A stretch of 63,533 bases of DNA, the filler included, from a bacterium (GTDB lineage: Bacteria; UBP15; UBA6099; JAJRTR01): NCBI GenBank assembly GCA_024278215.1. It is 6 parts of 6 records of this genome, joined end to end, with 100 filler letters (N's around TTAATTAATTAA, not from the genome) between each part and the next. Parts side by side here need not be neighbours in the genome. Positions count along the whole stretch, not along the records: positions 20,354 to 43,930 come from JAJRTR010000198.1; 5 more parts are not named here. The stretch is one strand, 5' to 3'. The stretch's first letter is position 1. Every line of letters begins with the position of its first letter. The translations under genes were made by a program, and so were the position numbers. This document shows, piece after piece, positions 30,564 through 42,000 of this stretch. The notes beneath the pieces are model-generated. The model saw nothing but the letters and a program-made list of their open reading frames with translations, had not been told where the DNA came from and made no database searches.

Positions 30564-32711
30564 TTATTCCTCATCTCCGCTGCGTTCATTGTCATACCTG
30601 TGGTTCCACCACCAGCTTCGGTGATCGCGGTCTTCGTTGATGTCGTCGTAATTCTTGTGCAGAAGATCGTATTCCGGAGTTTTTATCTGCTTGTCGTCCG
30701 TGAGTTCGTCGACGATATAGGGAACTAGGATAATGATGAGTTCCTGTTCGTCGACATAATCCTGAGTATGCCTGAACAATTCACCGACAAGCGGTATTTC
30801 GGAAAGAAGGGGCACACGCTTGACCCGTGTTTTGTTGTCGCGCCTGATGAGACCGCCGATAACGACTTCCTCGCCGTCCTTGAGCCGCACCATCGAGTTT
30901 GTTTCGCGTACAACAATATTAGGATAATAGTTGGGATTGCCGTATTTCTTCGAATTTCCGCCGGTTCCCAGTAGCGAGTTGAACATCTGGATGATACCAT
31001 GGTTTTCGCTGTCTTTGTAGTTTTCCCTGAATTCCTGCTCGATCTCGCTGAGAATCGGATGGATCATGAGGCTGATCTCGCGGGTTTTCATATCTACCCT
31101 GGGTACCAGGTAAAGCGTCATGCCGATATGCTTGTAGTCGACCTGGCTTGTCGAGACGACGCTGCCGTTGTTGACCGTAGTGTTCGAGGATGCCATGGGA
31201 ATCTCTTTGCCGACCCTGATCACGGCGGGCTGGCCGTCGAGAGTGGTGATAGTCGGATTGTTAAGTATCTTGGCCTTCTGCTCCTGGAGGAGTGTGTGCA
31301 GTACAGTATAGAGAGTGTTATGGCTGCCTTTTTCAAACTGCTCCTTCGAGGCCAGCCCGACCCATAGCTGGCCTGTGTCGAAAGCGCCGTCGAAAAGCGC
31401 CACGCCATACCTGCCGAGCGTGGGCAGAACAGTATAGTCGGCGCCGTAGTCGTGCGTATTGTTTCTGTCGATCTCCATGATCAGCGCCTTGAAAATCAAC
31501 TGTGTGGGTTTTGTGTCAATCAGGTCGACAACCTTGTGGACCTGTTTTAATGATTCCCTGGTACCCTTAACAAGCAGGAAATCTTTTTTTGCGGTGACAA
31601 TCTGCTCATTGGGCAACGACCTCTCGCTCTCGGAACCGGAGCGGCCGCCGACCTGCAACGTATCGGCCTGCTGGTTGTGTATCGGCCCCACATAAGTTTT
31701 CACCACTTCCGGCGCCGGCTGGATATTCATCGAAAGGATCATATCCCTGACAGTGTCCGCATCCGCATAATAAAGTTGAATCTTTTCGATCTCTATCGGG
31801 CCATTCTCTTTTTCGCGTTCCACATATTCTTTGTATTCGTCTTCGACAGTTCCCTCGGAAGCAACGTGGAAAGAGCCGCCGTTCCTGTAGTAAGCAAGTC
31901 CGTAATGTTTGAGCAGGTCCTGTAGTCCGGCCGCGATAGTCTGGCCTGAAAAAGAATAATCCACAATTGTCGAGTATACATCATCTTCGGCGGAAGCGTT
32001 GACATAAATATCAATGTCGGTTCTTTCGGCTATTTCCCTGAGCAGGTGCCCGAGCGTAACATCTTTCGCTTCGAGTGTGACGAGTTTACGGTTGTCGTCC
32101 GAGACCTCGATATTGACGGAACCTTCGTCATCGGCCTGATATGCGTAATCACCTTCATACATTCTGATCGGCACATAATTTCGTTTGAGCTGCCGCTCTC
32201 CGGGTTTAGTATCGTCGGTGTATCGCACAGCATAGCCTTTGTCCGGGTCGTGGACATAAGTGACATTCTTTACAGTCTTCTTCCCGACAGTCTTTCCCGT
32301 GCCGGGTATGCTGGCAGGTTTCACCTGCATGGCAGGGCTGTCCGCCGCGGCACCGTCGAGAATGTCCATAACCTGCGCATCAGCATTTTTCGCATCGAAA
32401 ATCGCCTTGTCCGCAAGGTCGGAAGCAACAACAGTGTCGCCACGTTCGGGACGCATGTTCTCGACAGTCGTCTCCAACTCGCAAAACACATAGCTGTACC
32501 TGGAATATTTTACCCTGCCGATAGCTACAAGGCCCACACCCTCGCGTGTGACAACAACCTTCTGCCCCTCGGGGTACTCACCGGGTTTAAATGCCATAAA
32601 TGAAAACGCATCGTCATAGACATTCTCTATAGTGTTTCCAATACCCGCAAACCCCGCCACGCTTGCCATCGCAACAAAAATCAACGCAAGTGCCAGTCTT
32701 CTAATAGTCAT
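30564..32711 (-). CDS. Outer-membrane secretin (GspD/PilQ family)
   Basis: Signal peptide, STN/N1-like segments, PTITTLDGQPAVIRVG, IGGLI, VPLLSEIPLVGELF, ELIIILVPYIV. Confidence 0.9.
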   Translation of the reverse strand: MTIRRLALALIFVAMASVAGFAGIGNTIENVYDDAFSFMAFKPGEYPEGQKVVVTREGVGLVAIGRVKYSRYSYVFCELETTVENMRPERGDTVVASDLADKAIFDAKNADAQVMDILDGAAADSPAMQVKPASIPGTGKTVGKKTVKNVTYVHDPDKGYAVRYTDDTKPGERQLKRNYVPIRMYEGDYAYQADDEGSVNIEVSDDNRKLVTLEAKDVTLGHLLREIAERTDIDIYVNASAEDDVYSTIVDYSFSGQTIAAGLQDLLKHYGLAYYRNGGSFHVASEGTVEDEYKEYVEREKENGPIEIEKIQLYYADADTVRDMILSMNIQPAPEVVKTYVGPIHNQQADTLQVGGRSGSESERSLPNEQIVTAKKDFLLVKGTRESLKQVHKVVDLIDTKPTQLIFKALIMEIDRNNTHDYGADYTVLPTLGRYGVALFDGAFDTGQLWVGLASKEQFEKGSHNTLYTVLHTLLQEQKAKILNNPTITTLDGQPAVIRVGKEIPMASSNTTVNNGSVVSTSQVDYKHIGMTLYLVPRVDMKTREISLMIHPILSEIEQEFRENYKDSENHGIIQMFNSLLGTGGNSKKYGNPNYYPNIVVRETNSMVRLKDGEEVVIGGLIRRDNKTRVKRVPLLSEIPLVGELFRHTQDYVDEQELIIILVPYIVDELTDDKQIKTPEYDLLHKNYDDINEDRDHRSWWWNHRYDNERSGDEE

Positions 32712-33033
32712 TTCCGCTCCAGTTTAACTTATTTTTCACAAAATCGGCAACCCCGAACACAGGCACAAAGAACCAGACACCCGGCTTGAGAAAAACCTTT
32801 AACCCGATTCGAAGCAACATAAAAAGACATACTGAAAAACAGTTTCATTTATTTAAGCACATTATTTAAGTGTTCACACACTATCACACAGTTTTTTACG
32901 TGTCAAGATTCACGCGCTTCAGCATATTTATTTTGCTTAAAGTGAAAGCTTCTTGATATTAATGGTGATATTATATAAATTTAGGTTGTGGAATACCATA
33001 CATTCCGAAACAGTGACCGGCAGGAGGCAACAG

Positions 33034-34791
33034 ATGGCGCACAAAAAGCTCAGCGTTGCAATAATTATCATTTTAACAGCAATAATTACCTTATCCAACG
33101 GGGTTTCAGCCCAGGTGCAGACGGATAGTTCGGAAGTCGAGATAAAAGCGATCGACATTACGGGAAACTTCGAAGTTTCCGACGATGAAATCCTGGCTGT
33201 TGTTACCTCAAAAGTCGGGGAAATACTTTCGACCGAGAAGCTCGAGGAGGACCTTCAGCGAATATTCGATCTCGGTTACTTCTCGAAGGACGTCAAGGCG
33301 AGCCTGGCAGAATATGAAGGCGGCGCCCGCGTAACGTTCAGGGTCGAAGAAAATCCTGTCGTCAACGATATCCTCGTCGAGGGCAACTCTTCAGTGACCG
33401 ACCAGGATGTGCTCGATATGATAAAAACAACGCCGAACACCATTCTCAACAACAATACGCTGCGCGGCGATATAGAAACCATCGAGAAGCAGTATCACGA
33501 CACCGGTTTCCTCGCGGCGCGCGTGATCGACGCGAAAATGGACCAGGACAACAACCTGATCATCATGATCTCGGAAGGCATTATCCAGGCTATCAACATA
33601 TCGTATGTGACAAAAAACGATGACGATCCCGAACAGATAGATACTCTCGAGAGCGGAAAAACAAAGCCTTACGTGATCACCCGCGAAATGAAGGTCAAAC
33701 CCGGCGACACTTACAACACGAACAGAATAAGCAAAGATCTTCAGCGAATATACAACCTGGGTTTCTTCGAGGACGTGCACACACGTGTCGAACCGGGCGA
33801 CCAGCCGGGCTACATCGTCCTCATTATCGAAGTGGAGGAAACGAACACCGGTAGCGCGGGTTTCGGCGCGGGCTACAGCTCGAACACGGGACTTACCGGG
33901 TTCCTCACGCTCCAGGAAAGGAATCTCAAGGGCAAAGGACGCCGCGCCGACATAAAACTCGAATTCGGCGGCAAACGCGACAATTACGAACTCGGCTATT
34001 TCGAGCCCTGGCTCGACAGAAAACAGACCAGCCTCGAACTCAGCGTTTATAATTCCTCGACACAGAACCTGCAATACGGGCTCGGCGGCGTGAATGACGA
34101 CGACTATGAAGAAATCAGGCGCGGTTTCAATTTCACCGTAGGCAGACCGATAACCGATTACACAAGAGTTTATATAGGATTCAAAACTGAAGATGTTAAT
34201 GTCGAGCCGGTGAAATATGACTACCTCGACGGTACATCCCGGAGTATGACCGGAACGATAAGAACCGACACGCGCGACAATGTATTCAACCCGACAAGCG
34301 GGCGCTATGACTCCGGTTCGCTCGAAATCGACGGTGGTTTCCTGGGTGGTGATTTCGATTATCAGAAATTCATTCTGGATATTCGCAGATTCAGGGCAAT
34401 CAGGAAAAAACAAGTGTTCGCTTTCCGTATCAAAGTCGGACTGGGCAACGACGAGATACCACGCTTCGACTATTTCGATATCGGCGGCGTGAATACTCTG
34501 CGCGGTTACGACGAATACCAGTTCTCCGGCACAAAAATGATCCTTTACAACGCTGAATACAGGTTCATTATGTCGGGAAATCTGTCGGCGGTGCTTTTCG
34601 CGGATGCCGGCCAGACCTGGATGGACGTAAGCGATATGGACCCATCGCCGATGAATATGCCGAAGTCGATAGGCGCGGGCCTCAGGCTGAAGATACCGGT
34701 TTTCGGCATCGGGCCCGTCAGGCTTGACTATGCTTACGCGCTGTCTATTGAAGAAACCAAAATACACTTCGGCTTCGGCCACATGTTCTGA
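33034..34791 (+). CDS. bamA: Omp85/BamA outer-membrane assembly factor with a short POTRA region
   Basis: POTRA motifs DLQRIFDLGYF and DLQRIYNLGFF, LRGY, GPVRLDYA, terminal Phe. Confidence 0.9.
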   Translation: MAHKKLSVAIIIILTAIITLSNGVSAQVQTDSSEVEIKAIDITGNFEVSDDEILAVVTSKVGEILSTEKLEEDLQRIFDLGYFSKDVKASLAEYEGGARVTFRVEENPVVNDILVEGNSSVTDQDVLDMIKTTPNTILNNNTLRGDIETIEKQYHDTGFLAARVIDAKMDQDNNLIIMISEGIIQAINISYVTKNDDDPEQIDTLESGKTKPYVITREMKVKPGDTYNTNRISKDLQRIYNLGFFEDVHTRVEPGDQPGYIVLIIEVEETNTGSAGFGAGYSSNTGLTGFLTLQERNLKGKGRRADIKLEFGGKRDNYELGYFEPWLDRKQTSLELSVYNSSTQNLQYGLGGVNDDDYEEIRRGFNFTVGRPITDYTRVYIGFKTEDVNVEPVKYDYLDGTSRSMTGTIRTDTRDNVFNPTSGRYDSGSLEIDGGFLGGDFDYQKFILDIRRFRAIRKKQVFAFRIKVGLGNDEIPRFDYFDIGGVNTLRGYDEYQFSGTKMILYNAEYRFIMSGNLSAVLFADAGQTWMDVSDMDPSPMNMPKSIGAGLRLKIPVFGIGPVRLDYAYALSIEETKIHFGFGHMF

Positions 34792-34911
34792 TATGCCTCA
34801 AGTCACAGCCGGCGGCCATGCAGTCGACACAAGGAAGACAGCGCTGTGAACACTACAGGAGCATTCTGCTTGCGCATTCATACCGGGGGTCGGACACGGG
34901 GCGGGAGCACG

Positions 34912-36270
34912 ATGAAACATAACGATGGTAAAATGATTATCATGAGATCAAACAGATTATTATACATTCTGATGATTATGCCGGTTTTCATAATCGGCCT
35001 GGCGGCAGCAGTAAACGCCGAAACAGCACAATCGGCGGCCACTACCGGTCCGCAGACCGTAAGAGAAGTCGATGTTCGCCTTCACATCTACGACAACCTC
35101 CCCGAGTCGGTCGAGCAACGCATCCATACAAGCCTTATGAAAGTCGGCGAAAGAGCGCTGCTGGGTAAACCCCTCGATGAAGCCAACAGGCTGAAATCGT
35201 CCATTTCGCAGGTTATGAAGAAGATATTCAACGAGGTCCTGGGCGGATTCAAAGTGCTTGACCTCACAGTGGATATTGGAGAACGATCGAGCATAGACCT
35301 TTTTCTCGAACCGCTGTCACCGCAGATCAAATCAGTGAAGATCGAGATAATTCCACAGGGCGGAATATCCGCTGAATGGACATATTTATTCCGGAAAAGA
35401 CTCGAGGGTGTTGAAGAGAATCTCACGGAAAAGCTCTCCGGACTGCCCGTCGAGTCATCGAAGTGGAGTCTCCCGCTTGTCGAAAGCCTTATAATCGGCG
35501 AAATGGATTGCAGTACACGTTTCCCCGGCATCTCATCGGACATGGAAGTTACAATCGGCAGCGAGACAACTGTGCGTTTGATGCTGTCGCCCGCGTCGAA
35601 AACGATCAGGTCGATTGCCGTCAAAACCAGGTCGACGACTGTCCCTTCTCTGGCGCTGGAAAGAATCAAATTCAATGTCGCGGCACACGCGGACCTGCTC
35701 ATCGGGTTGCCTGTCGTGTTCGCAAAAGAAGAAGAAGCATCCATTCTGGAGACTTTTCACCAGGCGTTGCAGGATAATTCTTTCGGACGAAAACTCCGGC
35801 TCAGGTACGAGATAAAAGCTACGATGCAGTCACGAACCGTACTGAGTGTTATCGCGGAATCAGAAAAATACAGCGGATTTGCCAGGGTAAAAGTAGGCTT
35901 CGGGCAGGAAGACCGCAACCCTGATATCGAAGCGCACCTTGGCTTTTTCCCCGTCGACGACACCGAGATATTTTCTGAAATAAACTTTTTCCCCGGCCCC
36001 ATAGACCTGCAATTCAACCTTGGGATCGGCAGAAGGCTGGGAAACTTCTATGCGGCCGGCGGCCGTAATTTCATCGACGGACTCAACAGAATATGGCTCA
36101 ACTATTACATTACCGAAGACATCGTCGCCGCATGGGAAAAGAATGTTGTCGATATTGAAAATGAGAAGATCGAAGGTTCTCTGACTTTCAAAGCCCACGA
36201 TTTTTTCAGTTTTCAGCTTGTAACGAATTTCCAGGAGGACATCTGGATTCAATTCACAGTCAATCTCTAA
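34912..36270 (+). CDS. Exported hypothetical protein in the bamA-ompH-lpxD operon
   Basis: Signal-like hydrophobic segment, beta-strand-rich C-terminus; start uncertain. Confidence 0.7.
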   Translation: MKHNDGKMIIMRSNRLLYILMIMPVFIIGLAAAVNAETAQSAATTGPQTVREVDVRLHIYDNLPESVEQRIHTSLMKVGERALLGKPLDEANRLKSSISQVMKKIFNEVLGGFKVLDLTVDIGERSSIDLFLEPLSPQIKSVKIEIIPQGGISAEWTYLFRKRLEGVEENLTEKLSGLPVESSKWSLPLVESLIIGEMDCSTRFPGISSDMEVTIGSETTVRLMLSPASKTIRSIAVKTRSTTVPSLALERIKFNVAAHADLLIGLPVVFAKEEEASILETFHQALQDNSFGRKLRLRYEIKATMQSRTVLSVIAESEKYSGFARVKVGFGQEDRNPDIEAHLGFFPVDDTEIFSEINFFPGPIDLQFNLGIGRRLGNFYAAGGRNFIDGLNRIWLNYYITEDIVAAWEKNVVDIENEKIEGSLTFKAHDFFSFQLVTNFQEDIWIQFTVNL

Positions 36271-36304
36271 TTATGACATTTATCCACAAGGAGGCAATAT
36301 AAGT

Positions 36305-36799
36305 ATGGAACGGTTTTTAAAGATTTTCGCCTTAGCTGCATCATGCGTAATGCTGCTGGCGGCTGTCGCGGTTTTTCGAGGCACCGGAGACGCCGAGGCA
36401 CAGGGACACTCTATCGGTTTCATCGATTCCGACAAGGTGCTTGAAAATTACGCGCCCGCAGTCGAAGTGAATAAACAACTCGCGAACCTTAGAAAACAGA
36501 TCGAGATGGACCTGGAGAAGACAGTCAGGGAAAAATACGGGCCCGGCGACCTGAGCACTCTGTCGCGCGAGCAACAGCTTGAAGTGCAGAAGATGTTCGA
36601 CAATACCGACACTATTTTCCAGCAGAAGTCCGAATCCCTGCGGCAGGAGAAGTGGGTGCCGATTGTCGATGAGATCAACGCTGCGATCGAAAAGGTGGCC
36701 ATGGAGGAAAAACTCGAAGTCGTACTCGAAAAAACGGCTGTTATTCATGGCGGTGTGGACCTCACACAACAAGTAATCGACTACCTGAAAACGAAATGA
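36305..36799 (+). CDS. skp: OmpH/Skp periplasmic chaperone
   Basis: Signal peptide, IGFIDSDKVL, coiled coil, GGVDLTQQVI. Confidence 0.88.
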   Translation: MERFLKIFALAASCVMLLAAVAVFRGTGDAEAQGHSIGFIDSDKVLENYAPAVEVNKQLANLRKQIEMDLEKTVREKYGPGDLSTLSREQQLEVQKMFDNTDTIFQQKSESLRQEKWVPIVDEINAAIEKVAMEEKLEVVLEKTAVIHGGVDLTQQVIDYLKTK

Positions 36800-37869
36800 A
36801 CCGATGGTTTTACATATTGTTACCAGCAATTTCCGCTTCGCTGCTCTGGTTCGCGGTAGCCCGCAAACAACCGGAACCACCGGCTATCGGTATTATCAAC
36901 ACAAATACTGTTTTAGATAATAACCGGGAAATAAAAGCGCTGCTTTCACTGAAAAAAGCATGGGCACAATCCGGCAGACGCGATAAGCTCCATTCTGGTT
37001 CAACATATTTCACAGGCTATGACGACACAATTTTTTTTGAAGAAGAGCGACGCCTGTTCTACGAAGGCGCAAATCTGCGCCGCAAAGCCCTCACAGACAT
37101 AAAAACGCAAAGCTCGATGAGCAATCTGGAAAGGCACTTCATGTCCTTACGAAACGGCCATGACAGAACGTGGAAATATATTGCCGAAAAAGCCGCCCTC
37201 GACCTGAAGGATTCTTACAGGAAAATCATGAAAAAGAAGAAATCGGATTTTATGGCCGACGAGAAATTCCGGCTCTTCAACCTCGAAATGAAAATCCGGG
37301 TGCTGACTCGCGATCCGTTTGTAATGCCCGAGAGTCGCAGGGTTGAAATTCAGGACGAAATCGACAGGATTTCCTCAATGATTGATCAGGCCGAAAAGAA
37401 CCACATTGATTCAATGCAGAGAGATATGAAAAAAAGTTCGGAACGCACCGAACAGCAACTTACTTCAATGCGCGCGGAACTCGACGAAGACCTGAAACTC
37501 GCGATTCACGACGCGCTTGTAAGCACGGAGGCTATTCTCGATAAGGCAATTGCGGAAGAGGAATCCGAAACACAGAAGATTATAGATTCGGCCATGCTGT
37601 TGCGCAACATCGGTTCTTCGTTGTTTTCCGACAGGCAAACAGGTAGCCGATCGTTTGATGCGGAACAATATTACGTAGCTGCTCTTGAAAAGATCAGGTC
37701 GGAAATGCTGCGGCGCATAAGACGTAAGGCACAGGCAACGGCGGAAAAACATAATCTTTATCTCGTTATCGATTCGCCCTTTCCGCCGCTACCGGGTGTT
37801 ATCGACATAACAGGCGAATTTCTTAATATCGACAATCTGCGAAAAAAACGGCAGGGAGCTGAACAATGA
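36796..37869 (+). CDS. Long OmpH/Skp-like coiled-coil protein
   Basis: IGIINTNTVL at the N-terminus, LYLVI...DITGE at the C-terminus, long helical insert; ATGA-coupled on both sides. Confidence 0.6.
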   Translation: MNRWFYILLPAISASLLWFAVARKQPEPPAIGIINTNTVLDNNREIKALLSLKKAWAQSGRRDKLHSGSTYFTGYDDTIFFEEERRLFYEGANLRRKALTDIKTQSSMSNLERHFMSLRNGHDRTWKYIAEKAALDLKDSYRKIMKKKKSDFMADEKFRLFNLEMKIRVLTRDPFVMPESRRVEIQDEIDRISSMIDQAEKNHIDSMQRDMKKSSERTEQQLTSMRAELDEDLKLAIHDALVSTEAILDKAIAEEESETQKIIDSAMLLRNIGSSLFSDRQTGSRSFDAEQYYVAALEKIRSEMLRRIRRKAQATAEKHNLYLVIDSPFPPLPGVIDITGEFLNIDNLRKKRQGAEQ

Positions 37870-38879
37870 TTACTGCAGGTGAACTTTCAGAAATCGTGCG
37901 GGGTGAACTTGAAGGCAATGACGAAAAGCTTGTCAAAGGAATCAGTTCGCTGGACGACGCCGCTATGGACACAGTTGTCTATGTCGAAAAACAGAAAGAT
38001 GCGTGGAAACTCGATAGAAGAAAACCGGCGGCGGTGATATGCAGCCGCGCCCTCAAACTCGAAGGGCATAATCTCATCAGGTGCAAAGATACAAGACTTT
38101 CATTTGGTCTTGCCATGCGATACTTCTTTCCACCCGAAGAACACATCGGCGGCATCCATCCCACAGCAGTCGTCGAGGAAGGCGCGGCGGTGGCACCCGA
38201 CGCATCCATCGGTGCGCATTGCTTTATCGGCGCAGGCACCGGCATCGGAGCGGGAACCGTCATACACCCCGGCTGCCACATAGGGCAAAACGTTTCAATA
38301 GGGAAGGACTGCCTCCTGCATCCAAACGTCACAGTACTCGACAGGTGCAAGATCGGCGAACGTGTGATATTGCACAGCGGATGCGTGATCGGCGCGGACG
38401 GTTTCGGTTATGTGAATGATGATGGGTTCCAGATGAAAGTGCCGCAGGTCGGCAACGTCTGCGTCGAGGACGACGTGGAAGTGGGCGCCAACACGACGAT
38501 AGACCGCGCCACGCTCGGAACAACCCGCATCGGCCGCGGCACCAAGATCGACAATCTCGTCCAGATCGGCCACAACTGCAACATCGGCGAAAACTGCATT
38601 ATCTGCGGCCAGGTGGGCTTCTCGGGGAGTTGCACAATCGGCGACGGTGTGATACTCGCGGGCCAGGTGGGCATCTCCGACCACATCACTATCGGTGAGG
38701 GCGCTATACTCGGCGGCAAGTCCGGCGTCTACGAAAATGTCCCGGAAAAAGTCTTCTACTCCGGGTTCCCCGCTAGGCCGCACAGGCAGACCATGCGCAT
38801 TTTATCGCTCCTTGAAAAACTTCCCGAACTGGCCGCGAAAATAGATGATATCGCACACGGCGACGATGAACAGCGTTAA
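37866..38879 (+). CDS. lpxD: UDP-3-O-acyl-glucosamine N-acyltransferase
   Basis: IHPTAVV, hexapeptide repeats, GADGFGY, IDRAT, KIDNLVQIGHN. Confidence 0.96.
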   Translation: MITAGELSEIVRGELEGNDEKLVKGISSLDDAAMDTVVYVEKQKDAWKLDRRKPAAVICSRALKLEGHNLIRCKDTRLSFGLAMRYFFPPEEHIGGIHPTAVVEEGAAVAPDASIGAHCFIGAGTGIGAGTVIHPGCHIGQNVSIGKDCLLHPNVTVLDRCKIGERVILHSGCVIGADGFGYVNDDGFQMKVPQVGNVCVEDDVEVGANTTIDRATLGTTRIGRGTKIDNLVQIGHNCNIGENCIICGQVGFSGSCTIGDGVILAGQVGISDHITIGEGAILGGKSGVYENVPEKVFYSGFPARPHRQTMRILSLLEKLPELAAKIDDIAHGDDEQR

Positions 38880-39066
38880 TTTGAGTTCACAGGAGTGCCT
38901 GTGCCCCATCTTCCGGGCGCATGTCCCGGAAGAAACGTTGTAGCTCTTCGGCAATGCCCCCTGTACACATTCACGAATCATGTTTTTGTTGTTTACACAT
39001 AACTGGTGGTAGTTATATAATGATTAAAACATTGTGATTCATAAGCATTGCTTAACGGGGTGGAAT

Positions 39067-42000
39067 ATGAGAAGATCGTTATTCAGAAACCTTGCGTTAT
39101 TTGTGATTACTCTATTTTCGGCAACTTTGTTTTTTGCCGTTTCGTGCCGCTCGGCGGGAATCCTCGAAAAAGAAAGCGGGAAGGACCCGATAGTGCTCGT
39201 GCATGGCTATTGCGGTTCTGTGCTTGGCGGACTTTCTGTCGAGGGCTACTGGTTATTCGTCGGCAACCGTTTCAAGCTGGATGGTTATGATATACACAAG
39301 ATCGTGCTGGGCAACGGCGCTCTCCAGGACATCCGCACGAGTGCCGAAGAACTGAAAAATTATGTTAATAATGTCAGGTAGTCAACCGGAAAAAACAAAG
39401 TGGACATCGTCGCCCACAGTGAAGGCGGGCTTGTCGCGAAATATTACATTCTATACCTTGGCGGCGCGTCTTATGTCGACGACCTCGTCACGATATCCAC
39501 ACCGCATCGCGGCACAACCAGCGCGAGCATCGGACCCGGCAAAGCGTCTCGACAGATGGAAGTCTACAGCGATTTTATCCGGCAGCTTAATTCGGACTGG
39601 AATTTCCCCGGCAATGTCGATTACACCGCGATACACAGCAACCAGGATGAAATCGTTTTTCCGACACCCAACGGCTTCTTCGCAGGCGCAATAAACATGA
39701 ATGTAAACATGCTCGGCCACGCCGGCATTCTGGCAAACGAAAAAGTTTACCAGATGGTTAAGGGCGCTGTTTCGACGGATATCAAAAACAACCACAGGGC
39801 GCTGCCCATCGAGATCGTCAAAGACCGCATGACTACGAATAATCCCAACGTCACTTTGAAACTTAATAAAACCGATCATCTCCACACCGGCACCAATATG
39901 GAAGATATGATGATCGACGACCAGCCATTTCTGCACGGCGACAATTATGAATCGTTCGCATCGACAAAATCCTGGCGGCTCGATACTACCCATGATGGGC
40001 TGAAAGCTGTTTATGTGCGGTATAGAAAAAAAGGCGGCTTCCTGCAAATGGACAAAAAATCGCCAGTTTATGTCGATTACATTTTCTACGACAGTACCGC
40101 ACCCGGTTGCAGTCTGAACATTGTTCCCGAAGTCACCCTCGACACTACTGTTTCGCTGGCGATCGACGCCGCCGACAACAGCGACAATTACAAAAAGTTC
40201 AAAATATGGAACGCACTGACCGCTTATGGGATCGACGACCTGGGCGTAAAGGAAATGAAAATCAGTACAGACCCGAACTTCAGCGGCACCGCCTGGCAGC
40301 CGTACTCAGGGAGCGCAAGTATTGACCTCGGACCCGGTTCCGGCGAAAAAACAGTATATCTGAAGGTCCGCGACGGCGCGGGAAACGAAAGCACCGCAGT
40401 GAGCGACACGGTCCGCGTTGTCGATCCCGCCGCGGGTGATATCGGAATGATTTCCGAAGGCGACAGCGACCCGGTAGTGCTCGTGCACGGCTACGGCGGC
40501 TCTATCGTCGGCGAGGTCAGCTCCTACATCAACTGGGTATATATCTATGAAAAACTGCGCAGTGAAGGTTTCGACGTCCACCGGATAACACTCAGCGGGG
40601 GCGGTCTCCAGGACGTTGTAAAAAGCGCGGACGAACTGAACTCATTTGTCGCGGATGTACTGAGCAGCACGGGGAAGCCAAAAGTGGACATCGTATGCCA
40701 CAGCGAAGGCGGACTGGTGGCGCGTTATTATATCCAGAAGCTCGGCGGCGCCGCCTATGTGGACGATCTGGTGACGATCAGCACCCCGCATCGCGGCACT
40801 ACCGTCGCGAGCATCGGCCCCGGCAAAGCGTCTCGACAGATGGAAGTCGCAAGCCCGTTCCTCCAGGACCTCAACTCGGGCGACACTCTGCCCGGCGACG
40901 TGTCATATACCGCTCTTTTCAGTCATGCCGACGAGATAGTGGTGCCGGGCAAAAACGGTTTCTTCGACGGCGCTGTCAATATAAATTACACGATGTTCGA
41001 CCATGCGGGAATCCTTTTCCATATCGATCCCTACACGGTTGTTCGCAATTCGCTCTCGAACCGCTACATCTTCGACAAATCGCAGAGGCCGGTGGAAATT
41101 GTCGCCCCGGGCATGTCCACTTCGGCGAATACTTTACAGGTTAAACTCAAGGCCTGCAATCATTACGCTCCGCAAACACCGGTCATTGAAATGATGGTTG
41201 CGACAAACGGACTTTTCAAAGGCGCGTCGTGGCAGCCGTTCGCCCCGGAGGTGACACTCGATGTCTCCGGCAGGGGAAACGGACTGCTGGGCGTACATGT
41301 AAAATACAGGGGCGCGGACGGAAAGCAGTCACCCTCTTATGCTGATTACATCATGATCGACAGGTCCGCGCCGTCAGCATCCGTCGAAGTCGCAGAGGCC
41401 GACATCGACAATTCGACCCTGCATATCAAGATCAATGTTTCAGACAATACAGACAAGTATTCCGGAATAAATCCGAAGAATATTTTCGAGTCATACGGCA
41501 TAACCGGCATAGGCGCTAAGGAGATGATGGTTGGCAAAGGTGAGGATTTCGCCGGCGCGTCGTGGCAGCCGATAAGCAACTCGATAGAAGTTGCAGTCGA
41601 TCCCGGATTCGGGATGAGAACGGTTTATCTCAAATTCCGCGACGGAGCGGGCAACGAAACCCCTGCCCTCTCCGCTTCGGCGTATATGTTCAACAAAGTC
41701 AACGGCTACATGGCGATGGAAGAAGACAACGACCCGGTGGTGCTCGTGCATGGCTACGGGAGTTCGATTATGGGCGATGTCAGCTCATACATAAGCTGGG
41801 CGTATTATGTGGGACGTCTCGAAGCCGACGGTTTCGATACTCATGTGATAACCCTCAGCGACGCGGGGATGCAGGACATAACTATCAGCGCGGCGGAACT
41901 TCAATCGTTCGTACAGAAGGTGCTGGCGGAAACCGGCGCGCGAAAAGTCGATATAGTCAGCCACAGCATGGGCGGGCTGGTGTCGAGATATTACATTAAA

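Noticed and set aside
33391-34782. Long antisense ORFs (also 46423-47838, 9327-10652, 4733-5767)
   Set aside because: Shadows of well-supported genes on the opposite strand, with no recognisable motifs
36280-36288. DnaA box TTATCCACA (another on the minus strand near 52888) as evidence of oriC
   Set aside because: Isolated single boxes, no cluster, no dnaA nearby
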